A DNA stretch of 64,000 bases from a virus. This document shows, in pieces, positions 8,602 to 17,491 of this stretch; the first letter of the stretch is position 1, and each line of letters starts with the position of its first letter. A program made the position numbers and the translations under genes. The notes below the pieces were generated by a model, which was not told where the DNA came from, did no database searches, and saw only the letters and a list, made by a program, of their open reading frames with translations. The stretch is taken from the IMG/VR virus record IMGVR_UViG_3300045988_131126; one strand, 5' to 3'.

Positions 8602-10539
8602 TTATTTTATTTTCTTTAAATATGGTTTAAAATCTTTAGACTTATCAGAATCTCTTATAATAGGTCTAAATGTATTTTCTGGATCATGATAAATTGGATT
8701 ATAAAATCCACTTTCTATATCAGGATAATGATAAATTGGATTATAAAATCCATCACTATTTATATCAAGCATTGGATTTATTGGGAACCTTACTTTAGTA
8801 AAGAATTCATCAAAATCTTCCATCATCTCTCTTATAGATGCTAAATGGAACCAACGTTTACCAACTTCAAGGTAGTTTCCGTTATTAAAGTCCATAAGGA
8901 ATCTACCACCTCTATAATAAAATTCATATCTAAATGGATTTTCATTTTCATATACTTGTGTAGGTATTTCTAATCTACCAACTTGAGTATTTGGAGCCAT
9001 ATTATTTTCTCTTGCAATACTTGGATACAGAGACTTATAATCAAAATCTACTAGATTATCCATAATATTTAAAATCTCTCCATTTTGCTTTAATTTAGAA
9101 TAATCGCTATTATGCTTAGGATTACCTACTAAAGCTCCAGGGAACTTAACGTTACTATTATTTCTATTAACGTTATTACCAATAATAAATCCCTGATTAT
9201 AGAATTCTTTTGCTCCTCTATTTGTAAGATAAACAGTCTGTCTGTGACCTTTATCATATCTTGTATTATTCATTACACACTTACCAAAGATATAATCTAT
9301 ATCACCGGTTTTAACTTCAATACATTTCTGAACAATTGTATCGACGATATTATAGAATACAAATGTCTTATAATCTAAATATGGTAATTTAGAGATATCA
9401 TGTGTAATATGAGAATAATCTAATTTATTTACACCTGCTATAACTTCACCGATATCATCCAATTTAAATGATTTAAATGCTGACTGACCTTTACGTCTTG
9501 AAGCAAATTGAATCATTTGGTCCAATAATACTGTATACATAGAAAACGTATATCTATCGCATCTCTCTGCATATTCATTTCTATGTCTTTCATCTATATA
9601 ATACTTAGCAACTTTCTTTTCAAAAGCTGGATGAGACATGATCTCTGCTGGATCATATCCTAAGTTAATTATTCTCTCATATATATACGGAATATCGAAT
9701 GCCATGTTCCATGCCAATAAGAAGTCTGGTTCATATTTATTAATAAATTGAAATAATGAATATATTAATTGGATCTCTTCATCAAAGAATGCAAGACGTA
9801 CATCCAAATTATCTACTCCATATTTTTTTGCTTTTTCTGGTCCACCTACAGTTGTTATTAAAAACTCTCTTAATTCTTTAAATAAATTTGGATCGGTTTT
9901 TGCTTCATGTTCAAATTTTTCTATTAACGGATTATTTGGGTTTCTTAATAAAAATACTTTTACAAGATTTTCTTGTTCTATTATACATGATACTGCATTT
10001 ATAGGACACTCTCCCATCTCTGGAAAGTCTCCTTTCATATCTATAGTATCAGCCTCAATATCGAAGAATGCCTTCGTTACAGGACAAATATCATTTTTAT
10101 AATATAAATCAAACATGAATTTATATCTGTCTTCTATATTAGAATCACTAAATAATATATTAGGTAATTCGTGTAATAATTGATTATTTCTAAATTGACC
10201 AGTTCTTAAATTCTCATAAAAGAATTCTTCGTTACCTGTATTCTCAGCAATAGATTTTAATAAATCTCTATATTTACAAGTAATCTTATCTACTTTCTCT
10301 TTCTCTACAATAAACAAATTATGATCTGTTGTATATTCAGGTTTTAATTTATAATAATCGAAATCTGGCTTCATAATATACCTATGACCTTTTTTACCAG
10401 TTTCTAAATCTTTATATATCATAAGCATATAATCTGGATCATATTTTCCATCCTCTCTCTTTTGAGGATAATGATATCTATTATCTAATAAAGTAATATT
10501 ACTATTAAAAGGATATCCTTTAATTAATTCATCGCTCAT
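8602..10539 (-). CDS. family-B DNA polymerase, N-terminal part (3'-5' exonuclease + motif A)
   Basis: Exo I FFDIEADT, Exo II WNMAFDIPYIY, Exo III YNIVDTIV and motif A DFDYKSLYPSI occur in order. No KxxxNSxYG or YGDTDS appears before the stop. The C-terminal tail carries 2x GFYNPIYH. Confidence 0.8.
   Translation of the reverse strand: MSDELIKGYPFNSNITLLDNRYHYPQKREDGKYDPDYMLMIYKDLETGKKGHRYIMKPDFDYYKLKPEYTTDHNLFIVEKEKVDKITCKYRDLLKSIAENTGNEEFFYENLRTGQFRNNQLLHELPNILFSDSNIEDRYKFMFDLYYKNDICPVTKAFFDIEADTIDMKGDFPEMGECPINAVSCIIEQENLVKVFLLRNPNNPLIEKFEHEAKTDPNLFKELREFLITTVGGPEKAKKYGVDNLDVRLAFFDEEIQLIYSLFQFINKYEPDFLLAWNMAFDIPYIYERIINLGYDPAEIMSHPAFEKKVAKYYIDERHRNEYAERCDRYTFSMYTVLLDQMIQFASRRKGQSAFKSFKLDDIGEVIAGVNKLDYSHITHDISKLPYLDYKTFVFYNIVDTIVQKCIEVKTGDIDYIFGKCVMNNTRYDKGHRQTVYLTNRGAKEFYNQGFIIGNNVNRNNSNVKFPGALVGNPKHNSDYSKLKQNGEILNIMDNLVDFDYKSLYPSIARENNMAPNTQVGRLEIPTQVYENENPFRYEFYYRGGRFLMDFNNGNYLEVGKRWFHLASIREMMEDFDEFFTKVRFPINPMLDINSDGFYNPIYHYPDIESGFYNPIYHDPENTFRPIIRDSDKSKDFKPYLKKIK
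8686..8752 (-). repeat. perfect 25-nt direct repeat inside the polymerase 3' end
   Basis: Plus-strand ATGATAAATTGGATTATAAAATCCA at 8686..8710 and 8728..8752. It encodes GFYNPIYH twice. Confidence 0.9.
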
Positions 10540-10674
10540 TTTTTATTATCAACCTTTCTAATCGTATGTAATTTGATACAATTATGTATTACTATATAGT
10601 TTTCAGACTAGTATAATTTCAATATATTCACATTATGGTAAGAATGCATAATTTGCTTAGTGAAAGGAGATACT

Positions 10675-11649
10675 ATGGATTTAATATATCACGATTACTC
10701 ATCCGATTCATATAACCCATCTGAAAACCAACCTGTAGTAGCAGGAGTTAAAGATGAAGATATAGGAATAGATTTTTCTAAAATAGGTCAGGATGATTCT
10801 CTTGTTATTTCTTCTCCTGTTGGAATTTCAGAAGAAAAGCCGAAAAGAAAACGAAGAACTGGCGACCCTAATAAAGTAGTAAAAGTTTCTGAGAGTAAAT
10901 CTTCTTCTAATAACAATGGTTTAGAACCATTTGAGAAGAAATATGAAGAAACTAATAGTATGCTTAAAGAAGTAATTGCACAAACCAATATGAGTATGGC
11001 TGATATCAACGAAGATATCAGATTACTTCGTAATTCTAAAACCGTTAGAAATAAATATACTTATTTAAGTAATTTAACAGATGCTTCTGCATCAATGCTT
11101 AGCAATAAACTTAATGCTATTAAGGAAATGAATAACTCTATTACAAAGGCACAAGACTTTGAAATGAAACGAGCTAAAGAGCTTCATCTAAACGATAATG
11201 TAGATGATGATAAAGCTATTCAAGATATGTATAAAGCTTTCGTAACTGCATCAGTTCCTAATCCTTATGCAGCACTTGGACCAACATCCAGAGATATGAC
11301 TGTACGTAATGATGCTATTATAGCAGGTACAATACCTAATAATACTATGGATGATGTTGCTGCTTATAATAATTATGTTCAAAATATGACTCCTCAGCAA
11401 CATATGATTGCATTGGAGAATGATCCTAATGTACAGCAAGTTGTAGTTTGGAACAAATCTACAGGAGCTAAATCATTCGAAATTATGAATATGGCTACTG
11501 GAGAGATTCTTCAGAATGTAGATAAACATGATATTATGTTTATGGAAGATACTACTATAGATGAAAGAAATCATACAGCTAGAAATATCAAACTGAATGA
11601 ATCATATCCTCTTGTAGTAATCGGAGAATCTGCTATCGATGAATATTAA
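10675..11649 (+). CDS. hypothetical protein with N-terminal LIYHDY..YNP motif and KPKRKRR basic patch
   Basis: AAAGGAG SD precedes ATG 10675 (the track GTG start at 10660 lies inside the SD). The protein begins MDLIYHDYSSDSYNP. Confidence 0.65.
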   Translation: MDLIYHDYSSDSYNPSENQPVVAGVKDEDIGIDFSKIGQDDSLVISSPVGISEEKPKRKRRTGDPNKVVKVSESKSSSNNNGLEPFEKKYEETNSMLKEVIAQTNMSMADINEDIRLLRNSKTVRNKYTYLSNLTDASASMLSNKLNAIKEMNNSITKAQDFEMKRAKELHLNDNVDDDKAIQDMYKAFVTASVPNPYAALGPTSRDMTVRNDAIIAGTIPNNTMDDVAAYNNYVQNMTPQQHMIALENDPNVQQVVVWNKSTGAKSFEIMNMATGEILQNVDKHDIMFMEDTTIDERNHTARNIKLNESYPLVVIGESAIDEY

Positions 11650-11658
11650 CTATATATT

Positions 11659-11714
11659 AAATACAAGATTGTCTCATTGGTCCTGCTGCTGAAATGAAAC
11701 CATCTTGTATTTTT
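11659..11714 (+). terminator. intrinsic terminator-like interrupted hairpin after 10675..11649
   Basis: AAATACAAGAT (11659-11669) pairs with ATCTTGTATTT (11702-11712), with an inner TCATT/AATGA stem, then a T-run. Confidence 0.55.
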
Positions 11715-11715
11715 C

Positions 11716-11986
11716 ACTCGAAGCTGTTTTACTGGCTTGAATTCTGGTGTGGATGAACACCTCCTCCGAAAAATTGTAACGATGGTACTTGGTAGCCTCA
11801 TGCAACTCTGTCTTGCATGGGGTTGCTAAGTTGTTTTAAATAGTTATAACAATTTCATAATTAGACAGGGATGCCTAATTATGTATTTTGTATTTTTCAT
11901 AAAGTTTTTTCCTTTTTTTGTTTTTTTGAGTAGTTACGGAGAAATAATAGATAGTGAATATTCGCTATCTATTATTTTCTGTTTTT
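11716..11986 (+). ncRNA. candidate structured small RNA between two plus-strand terminators
   Basis: ORF-free, GC-richer segment. Stems: GGTGT..ACACC; CCTCATGCAA-7nt-TTGCATGGGG (11797-11823); TAATTAG-10nt-CTAATTA. Then a T-rich tract and a 16-17-bp hairpin 11940..11980 + TTTTT. Confidence 0.3.
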
Positions 11987-12170
11987 AAATAACAAGTATA
12001 ACATTAAATTAAATATAGAAGTTGCCACTCTATATTTACGTAAAGCCTTTCCATGTGTGGTTTATGAATGGTATTTATGTGTGCGTAATAGTTTTGTTTT
12101 TCCACCTAGACATACTTAATAGTATGTCTAGGCCCTCGCATCTATAAAAATAAAATATATTTTTGAATAA

Positions 12171-12210
12171 ATATCCTGTATGATCGAATTGATCATACAG
12201 GATATATTTT
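12171..12210 (+). terminator. perfect 15-bp hairpin + T-run
   Basis: ATATCCTGTATGATC-GAATT-GATCATACAGGATAT followed by ATTTT. Confidence 0.5.
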
Positions 12211-12403
12211 GTCAATAGTAAGGGGCTATTGACATAGATCAAGACCGGATAGGATAACTCCTATCCTGCGTTACAATAAAAATAAATAAGAAGGAGTTAT
12301 ACTTCGTAAAGAGAAAAACTAGCAGAATGTTACACGAAGGGATGTTTTAAAACTTTTTACTACTAGTCTTCTCTTTACTCAGATGTATAATATACTATCA
12401 TTT

Positions 12404-15088
12404 TTAATATTGGAAGATTACGTGTCCTGGACCTTCATAATTAGAATTTAATGATACTATATCTACATTAGACAACTCTGATTCTGATGAATGAGATATC
12501 ATTAAACATTGGGATATATTCATAGCCATCATCATTCTATTTATAGTAGGAATAAATGATGCTCTATTACCTTCATCTAATGGCGAATCTACTTCATCTA
12601 ATCTTATAATATTGCATTTTCCTGATCCTTGCATTGATAAAGCTAACGATATAATCATACTTATCATAGATCTTTGAGCCGATGAGCAACTCTTAATATC
12701 ATCATTGATAATGCTAGACGACAATGATTTTACTGGTATTCTGAATTCATTTTCATTGATAATATAATCCATTAATACTAAATCACCATCAAAGAGCATA
12801 GATAATAATTCATTTGCTATCTTTAATGTCTTACCCATATATAGCTCCATATACAATGTCTGTATACCTTTAGATGGAGAACTATATTTTCTAACCATTT
12901 CAACCTTCTCATATTTTAAATTTAATAATTCTAATTCTTTTTGATACTGATCGAGCATTTTGAGAGAGAACTTGATTTCTTCTTGTTCTTTCTGTGCCGG
13001 TTCAAGCTCAGAATTAAAATTATTTATAGATGATTGAATTTTATTTATATTATCCAAACAGATTCTAATAGATTCTATATCTTTAGATAGCACACTACCA
13101 TTATTACTAAGAGTATTAATCTTATCACAGACCATACCATATTCGTCATATCTCCTATTTAATTCTTCTAAGTTATTTAATTGAGTACTCTTAGATACAA
13201 ATTCTTTTGATAAATAATCTATATCTTTATTATTTTCATCTATCTTGATATTATAATCATTTAATTTCTCAGAAAGGCTCTTTATATCAGAATTTAATTC
13301 GTTTATAAGATCTATCTTATCTTTAAGAGCATCCAATTTAGTTAACAATATATCGATTTCTGTCTGATTATTCTTATATAATTCCATCTGATTTACTATT
13401 TCGAGATTATTCATGACAGATTCTGTAGCTTTATTTAAATCGAATTCACTTATAAGATACTTCATTACGTTATTATTATCAAGAATAAATGAAGCACCTA
13501 TCTGCGTAAATATTTCTTTATTAGATTCTATTGATCTTAATATTACATTTAATCTATTAATAATATCAAGATCGTCTTCAAGTTCTACTATAGTATCAGA
13601 ATATATGGTAAGATCCATCTGAGAATCAAATAATTCTTTCCCTAAAGATTCTTTTTTCTTTAGAGGATCTCTTTTCTGAGCTTCTACTGCTGATTTAATA
13701 AACGGGCAACTATCATCGTTACATCCAGACGGACGTTTATCCAGAGATTTCATTAGCTCTATATCATTATCGCATAAAGATATATTATATTTCAACTCTC
13801 TGATTTTATCCTCAGATGCTAATTTGTTTAATCTGGTTTCTTTTAATATATCAATGATATTTTTACCATTAGATACTATATCATATATATATTTAAGATT
13901 TTCCATAAAAGCTTGCTCTTTTATTCTATTGATATCTTCTATAATAAGATTCAATGTGTTCATACCGGCAGCAAACTCTGTTACAGATATATTTATATTA
14001 AAATTATCCGGAATGAATTTCTTTATTTCCTCATTCTTCTTTATTAAAGAATCTAATTTATTCTGTAATATAGATAAATTACCATCAGCAGTTAAAGTAC
14101 TTAATTTTATCTTCTTAGCTTTTAACTGCTCGTCATCTTTACTTAAATAAGAAAGCATTATCTCATTCTCTTTACGTAAATCATTAATATCCATTTCTAT
14201 ATTAGTAATATTACTTTTTAAAGAATTGATATTCTTTAATAATTCCTCCCTATCTTTATAATCGTATCTATTAATAATAAGCTCAAGATTTTTCTTTTCC
14301 GCAGATAAAGATTGAATCTGAATAACTATATTATTATATTTCTCTTGTATAGAACCATCAGGATCCAATACTTTAACAGATGCTTCATTATCTGAAAGAG
14401 ATTTTGAGTATTTTTCTTTCTCTATAGTAAGATACTTAATTCTTTCTTCCAATGCAACCAATCTGTTTTTCAATTCTTCTTCATTACCAATAGCACTTAT
14501 CTTAGAGGCCGCACTATTTATCAATGATTTAAATGCAGAAGCTCTTTTACTCAAAGTTTTATAGATATTATTATAAACTTCTACAGATTCAAGGATAGCA
14601 GTTACAAATCTTTTTCTTTCATTTGGACTTTTAGATACAATACCTCTATCATCCATAGATAATTTTGTTAAAGACACATAATTAGGATCTAATCCGAACA
14701 GATTGTATATAGTGTCTTTGTATGAAGTAATATTACCATTACTATTTAATTCTTCTGTATCCCCTCCTGGATTTATTTTAGTAATAAACCCTTTTATTAC
14801 AGATCTAGTACCGTCGTATTTTACAGGATGCACTATTCTTAAATTATATATTACATCATTATCAATATATGATATTTCTTTAACCCCTTCTTTTCCATCT
14901 ACCATACTACTATTACTATCCGGTAATGGACTCGAAGCGTCCAATATAGTAGTTTTTCCTGATCCATTAGGACCAATAATCAACACAATACTAGAAATGC
15001 ATTTACTGAAATCTATACAGATTTCATCTAATCCACTGGCTCTTTTTATACCAGCATAATTTTTCATATATAAGCGTAATAGTTTCAT
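12404..15088 (-). CDS. Rad50/SbcC-like SMC-family ATPase
   Basis: Walker A GPNGSGKTT, then a long heptad-rich coiled coil with a central CNDDSCPF (zinc-hook-like CxxC). Near the C-terminus: SSAQRSM signature-like motif and Walker B IIRLDEVDSPLD. Confidence 0.75.
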   Translation of the reverse strand: MKLLRLYMKNYAGIKRASGLDEICIDFSKCISSIVLIIGPNGSGKTTILDASSPLPDSNSSMVDGKEGVKEISYIDNDVIYNLRIVHPVKYDGTRSVIKGFITKINPGGDTEELNSNGNITSYKDTIYNLFGLDPNYVSLTKLSMDDRGIVSKSPNERKRFVTAILESVEVYNNIYKTLSKRASAFKSLINSAASKISAIGNEEELKNRLVALEERIKYLTIEKEKYSKSLSDNEASVKVLDPDGSIQEKYNNIVIQIQSLSAEKKNLELIINRYDYKDREELLKNINSLKSNITNIEMDINDLRKENEIMLSYLSKDDEQLKAKKIKLSTLTADGNLSILQNKLDSLIKKNEEIKKFIPDNFNINISVTEFAAGMNTLNLIIEDINRIKEQAFMENLKYIYDIVSNGKNIIDILKETRLNKLASEDKIRELKYNISLCDNDIELMKSLDKRPSGCNDDSCPFIKSAVEAQKRDPLKKKESLGKELFDSQMDLTIYSDTIVELEDDLDIINRLNVILRSIESNKEIFTQIGASFILDNNNVMKYLISEFDLNKATESVMNNLEIVNQMELYKNNQTEIDILLTKLDALKDKIDLINELNSDIKSLSEKLNDYNIKIDENNKDIDYLSKEFVSKSTQLNNLEELNRRYDEYGMVCDKINTLSNNGSVLSKDIESIRICLDNINKIQSSINNFNSELEPAQKEQEEIKFSLKMLDQYQKELELLNLKYEKVEMVRKYSSPSKGIQTLYMELYMGKTLKIANELLSMLFDGDLVLMDYIINENEFRIPVKSLSSSIINDDIKSCSSAQRSMISMIISLALSMQGSGKCNIIRLDEVDSPLDEGNRASFIPTINRMMMAMNISQCLMISHSSESELSNVDIVSLNSNYEGPGHVIFQY

Positions 15089-15130
15089 TTAAAGTACCTT
15101 CTTTCTTAGATTATAATTAGGTTTCGAATC

Positions 15131-15171
15131 AATTAAAAAAATAAGAGGAGTAGGTATTCCCTACTCCTCTT
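15131..15171 (-). terminator. intrinsic terminator after 15176..16480
   Basis: 12-bp stem AAGAGGAGTAGG/CCTACTCCTCTT followed by ATTTTTTT on the minus strand. Confidence 0.7.
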
Positions 15172-15175
15172 ATAA

Positions 15176-16480
15176 TTATGCATTTATATTTAATGCTTTA
15201 AATGCACTTTCACGAAACTTTAAATAACCTTCCACATTCGATTTAATAAATCCATCTGGGATAAGTTCAAATGTATCTGGAATCATTTTGAAATTTAGCA
15301 GATTAGCTATAGAAAAGATACCTCCCATTCTATCTATTTCGAATTCTTCGTCATCAGAGAGATCATTTATGATAAATTTTAATATATCGTATGCAATCTT
15401 TATAATCTCTTTCTCTGATCCATTAATATTTCCAGGAATAGTAATTAAACGTCCAGCAGGAAAATCATTACTAATTTTAGACATAGAAAAGGATTCTGAC
15501 ACAGCCATTATATATTTATCACCATTATATTCACAGATGCATGAATATAATGGTGTATTTAACCATTCATCAATTTCTACATCTTTTATATACTTTTCTT
15601 TCTTCGGATTCATGTAATCAAAACGCTTAATTGCACGTTTATCTTCGCTTGTGGCTTTAGGCTTTTTATCTAAAAACTTGGTAATGCATGGTATCACGTT
15701 TCTAGTAAACCCTGCTAATTCTTTAATGTCAGCTTCATCTAATAGATTAGATAAAGGATCATCTTCTTCGACCATGCTCTTTAAATTATTGAGAGCCGAC
15801 TTTTTATATTCTCTCGTGTTAAGTATACTATCATAGAACCATCCGCACTCTTCATCTACAAATAAATTATTTTCAAATTCTGTAGGATAAAATGATGCTA
15901 CTGTAAGGAATAATGAAGACAGTGCTGATGGTATAGCATATTGCTGATTTATATCATGGTATATAAGATTTACAAATTCTTTCATTACATGAATAAATGC
16001 TTTTATAATTTCGGTATTATTGCTTCCTAATTTATCGAGAAAATCTTTATATTTTTCTCCAATAGCAAGTATAATAATTTTCTTATTATCTTCTAAATTT
16101 ACTGCCTGTGTAATATATTCATCTTTAAATGAATCGTCTATGGCAAATACAGTTATAGTATCTTTATCAGCGTTGGGGCATACACCAACAAATACTCCTC
16201 TACTATCTTTATTGCAATCATGAAGAAATCTATTTTCTTTAAATAAGCTCCCTTTTATCATAGCTGCTTCAATATTTGCCATAACGAAAGCTTTATCATC
16301 AGTTGATATAGTATCTCCGTAGTTCGGAGCTAATATATTAACTCCATCATCAAAATTAATAGATCCTTTCATTAAAAGTGCTACCTGTTTTACATCTTTG
16401 CAAAAATTCTGATTCTCTGCGCAAAATTTATTCATTTCTTTAGCGAATTCTATTTTTTCTTCCATTGTTAAATTTCTCAT
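15176..16480 (-). CDS. hypothetical protein (domain related to 16748..17491)
   Basis: Start moved to ATG 16480 (AAAGGAGAA SD). It overlaps the upstream stop as ATGA. No Mre11/SbcD phosphoesterase motifs. Confidence 0.6.
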   Translation of the reverse strand: MRNLTMEEKIEFAKEMNKFCAENQNFCKDVKQVALLMKGSINFDDGVNILAPNYGDTISTDDKAFVMANIEAAMIKGSLFKENRFLHDCNKDSRGVFVGVCPNADKDTITVFAIDDSFKDEYITQAVNLEDNKKIIILAIGEKYKDFLDKLGSNNTEIIKAFIHVMKEFVNLIYHDINQQYAIPSALSSLFLTVASFYPTEFENNLFVDEECGWFYDSILNTREYKKSALNNLKSMVEEDDPLSNLLDEADIKELAGFTRNVIPCITKFLDKKPKATSEDKRAIKRFDYMNPKKEKYIKDVEIDEWLNTPLYSCICEYNGDKYIMAVSESFSMSKISNDFPAGRLITIPGNINGSEKEIIKIAYDILKFIINDLSDDEEFEIDRMGGIFSIANLLNFKMIPDTFELIPDGFIKSNVEGYLKFRESAFKALNINA

Positions 16481-16782
16481 AGTGTTTTCTCCTTTTCTTT
16501 TAGTGCTTTGCATACTTCTATGAAATCTTCCATTTTTGAAATTTTCATTGGTACCGGAACACATCCAGTCCAATCTATTTTAAATATTTCTTTGCATTTA
16601 TTGCATTTGAAATATCTAAAACTTCTGTTTTTAAGTTTACTTGTGTCATGAGTACTTAAAAGCATTTGATAATTAAAAGGTCTATTGTAATTATCAAACA
16701 ATTCAAGACTGTCCAAAGCATTACACTTTGGACAGCTCTCGTGATGATCATGATATATCAAGGGTCGTAATGTCTTCGTCAT
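16477..16782 (-). CDS. zinc-ribbon protein with N-terminal PLIYHDHH motif
   Basis: CPKC..(43 aa)..CNKC four-Cys arrangement. SD GAAGAGGA upstream. Confidence 0.6.
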   Translation of the reverse strand: MTKTLRPLIYHDHHESCPKCNALDSLELFDNYNRPFNYQMLLSTHDTSKLKNRSFRYFKCNKCKEIFKIDWTGCVPVPMKISKMEDFIEVCKALKEKEKTL

Positions 16783-17491
16783 TTTCTATATCCTCTTCAT
16801 CAAATAAGATTTGTTCATATCCTAAACAGTCTCCTATAGTTGTAATTTCATTGTAATCGAATAATGATGTATACCAAACATTATTTTTACAATGTTCTTT
16901 TATATATCTGACAAACTGTTTTAAAGGCTCATACTCACGAATATGTTCTGGTAATTTAGAAATAGGTGTCAGCATTGCTGGAATGTAGAAACAACTAAGA
17001 TTATATGCTCTTTCTGCATAATTATCTATTTCACTCATTCCATCAATTAAACCTAATGCTGATAAACTATACATATATTCATTGGTAAGTACCTCGTATA
17101 CTTTAGTAATCAATGCAAATTCTCCACTGTATAATTCACCAGTAAATAAAATTGTGTAACAATCATCTCCGTATTTAACAGTGCATACTGACAGGAATAA
17201 AGATCCTGCAACGGCTTTCTGGTCATCTGTTAAATCGCTACTTTTAGAAGCTACTTCAACAAATTTATCGACAGATTCTTCATTAAGTTCGCATATAATG
17301 CAATGTACATGCTTATCTTCTACTTTTGTAATTCTACCGATATTAGATACTTTAATACCTCCTGCTGATAAGCACGCTACAGATACAGCTTTTGATAACT
17401 GATCATCTGCAAGTACTTCAATTGTTTCCTTCGGGTTTGGTTCATGCTGAATTAATTGGTTTAATGTTTCTGCTACTTTTGTGTAAATCAT
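16748..17491 (-). CDS. hypothetical protein
   Basis: Start moved to ATG 17491 (AGGAGG 8 nt upstream). ATGA overlap with the upstream stop. Confidence 0.6.
   Translation of the reverse strand: MIYTKVAETLNQLIQHEPNPKETIEVLADDQLSKAVSVACLSAGGIKVSNIGRITKVEDKHVHCIICELNEESVDKFVEVASKSSDLTDDQKAVAGSLFLSVCTVKYGDDCYTILFTGELYSGEFALITKVYEVLTNEYMYSLSALGLIDGMSEIDNYAERAYNLSCFYIPAMLTPISKLPEHIREYEPLKQFVRYIKEHCKNNVWYTSLFDYNEITTIGDCLGYEQILFDEEDIENDEDITTLDIS

Noticed and set aside
11650-11830. GC-richer segment as the template repeat of the candidate DGR
   Set aside because: Neither strand aligns to the 60383-60509 patch.
11790-11835. tRNA gene (10-bp stem with 7-nt loop CTCTGTC)
   Set aside because: The stem is too long for an anticodon arm, position 37 is a pyrimidine, and there is no T-loop (GTTCRA) or acceptor pairing nearby.
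15176-16480. SbcD/Mre11 partner of the Rad50-like ATPase
   Set aside because: The calcineurin-like phosphoesterase motifs (DxH, GDxxD, GNHE) are absent.
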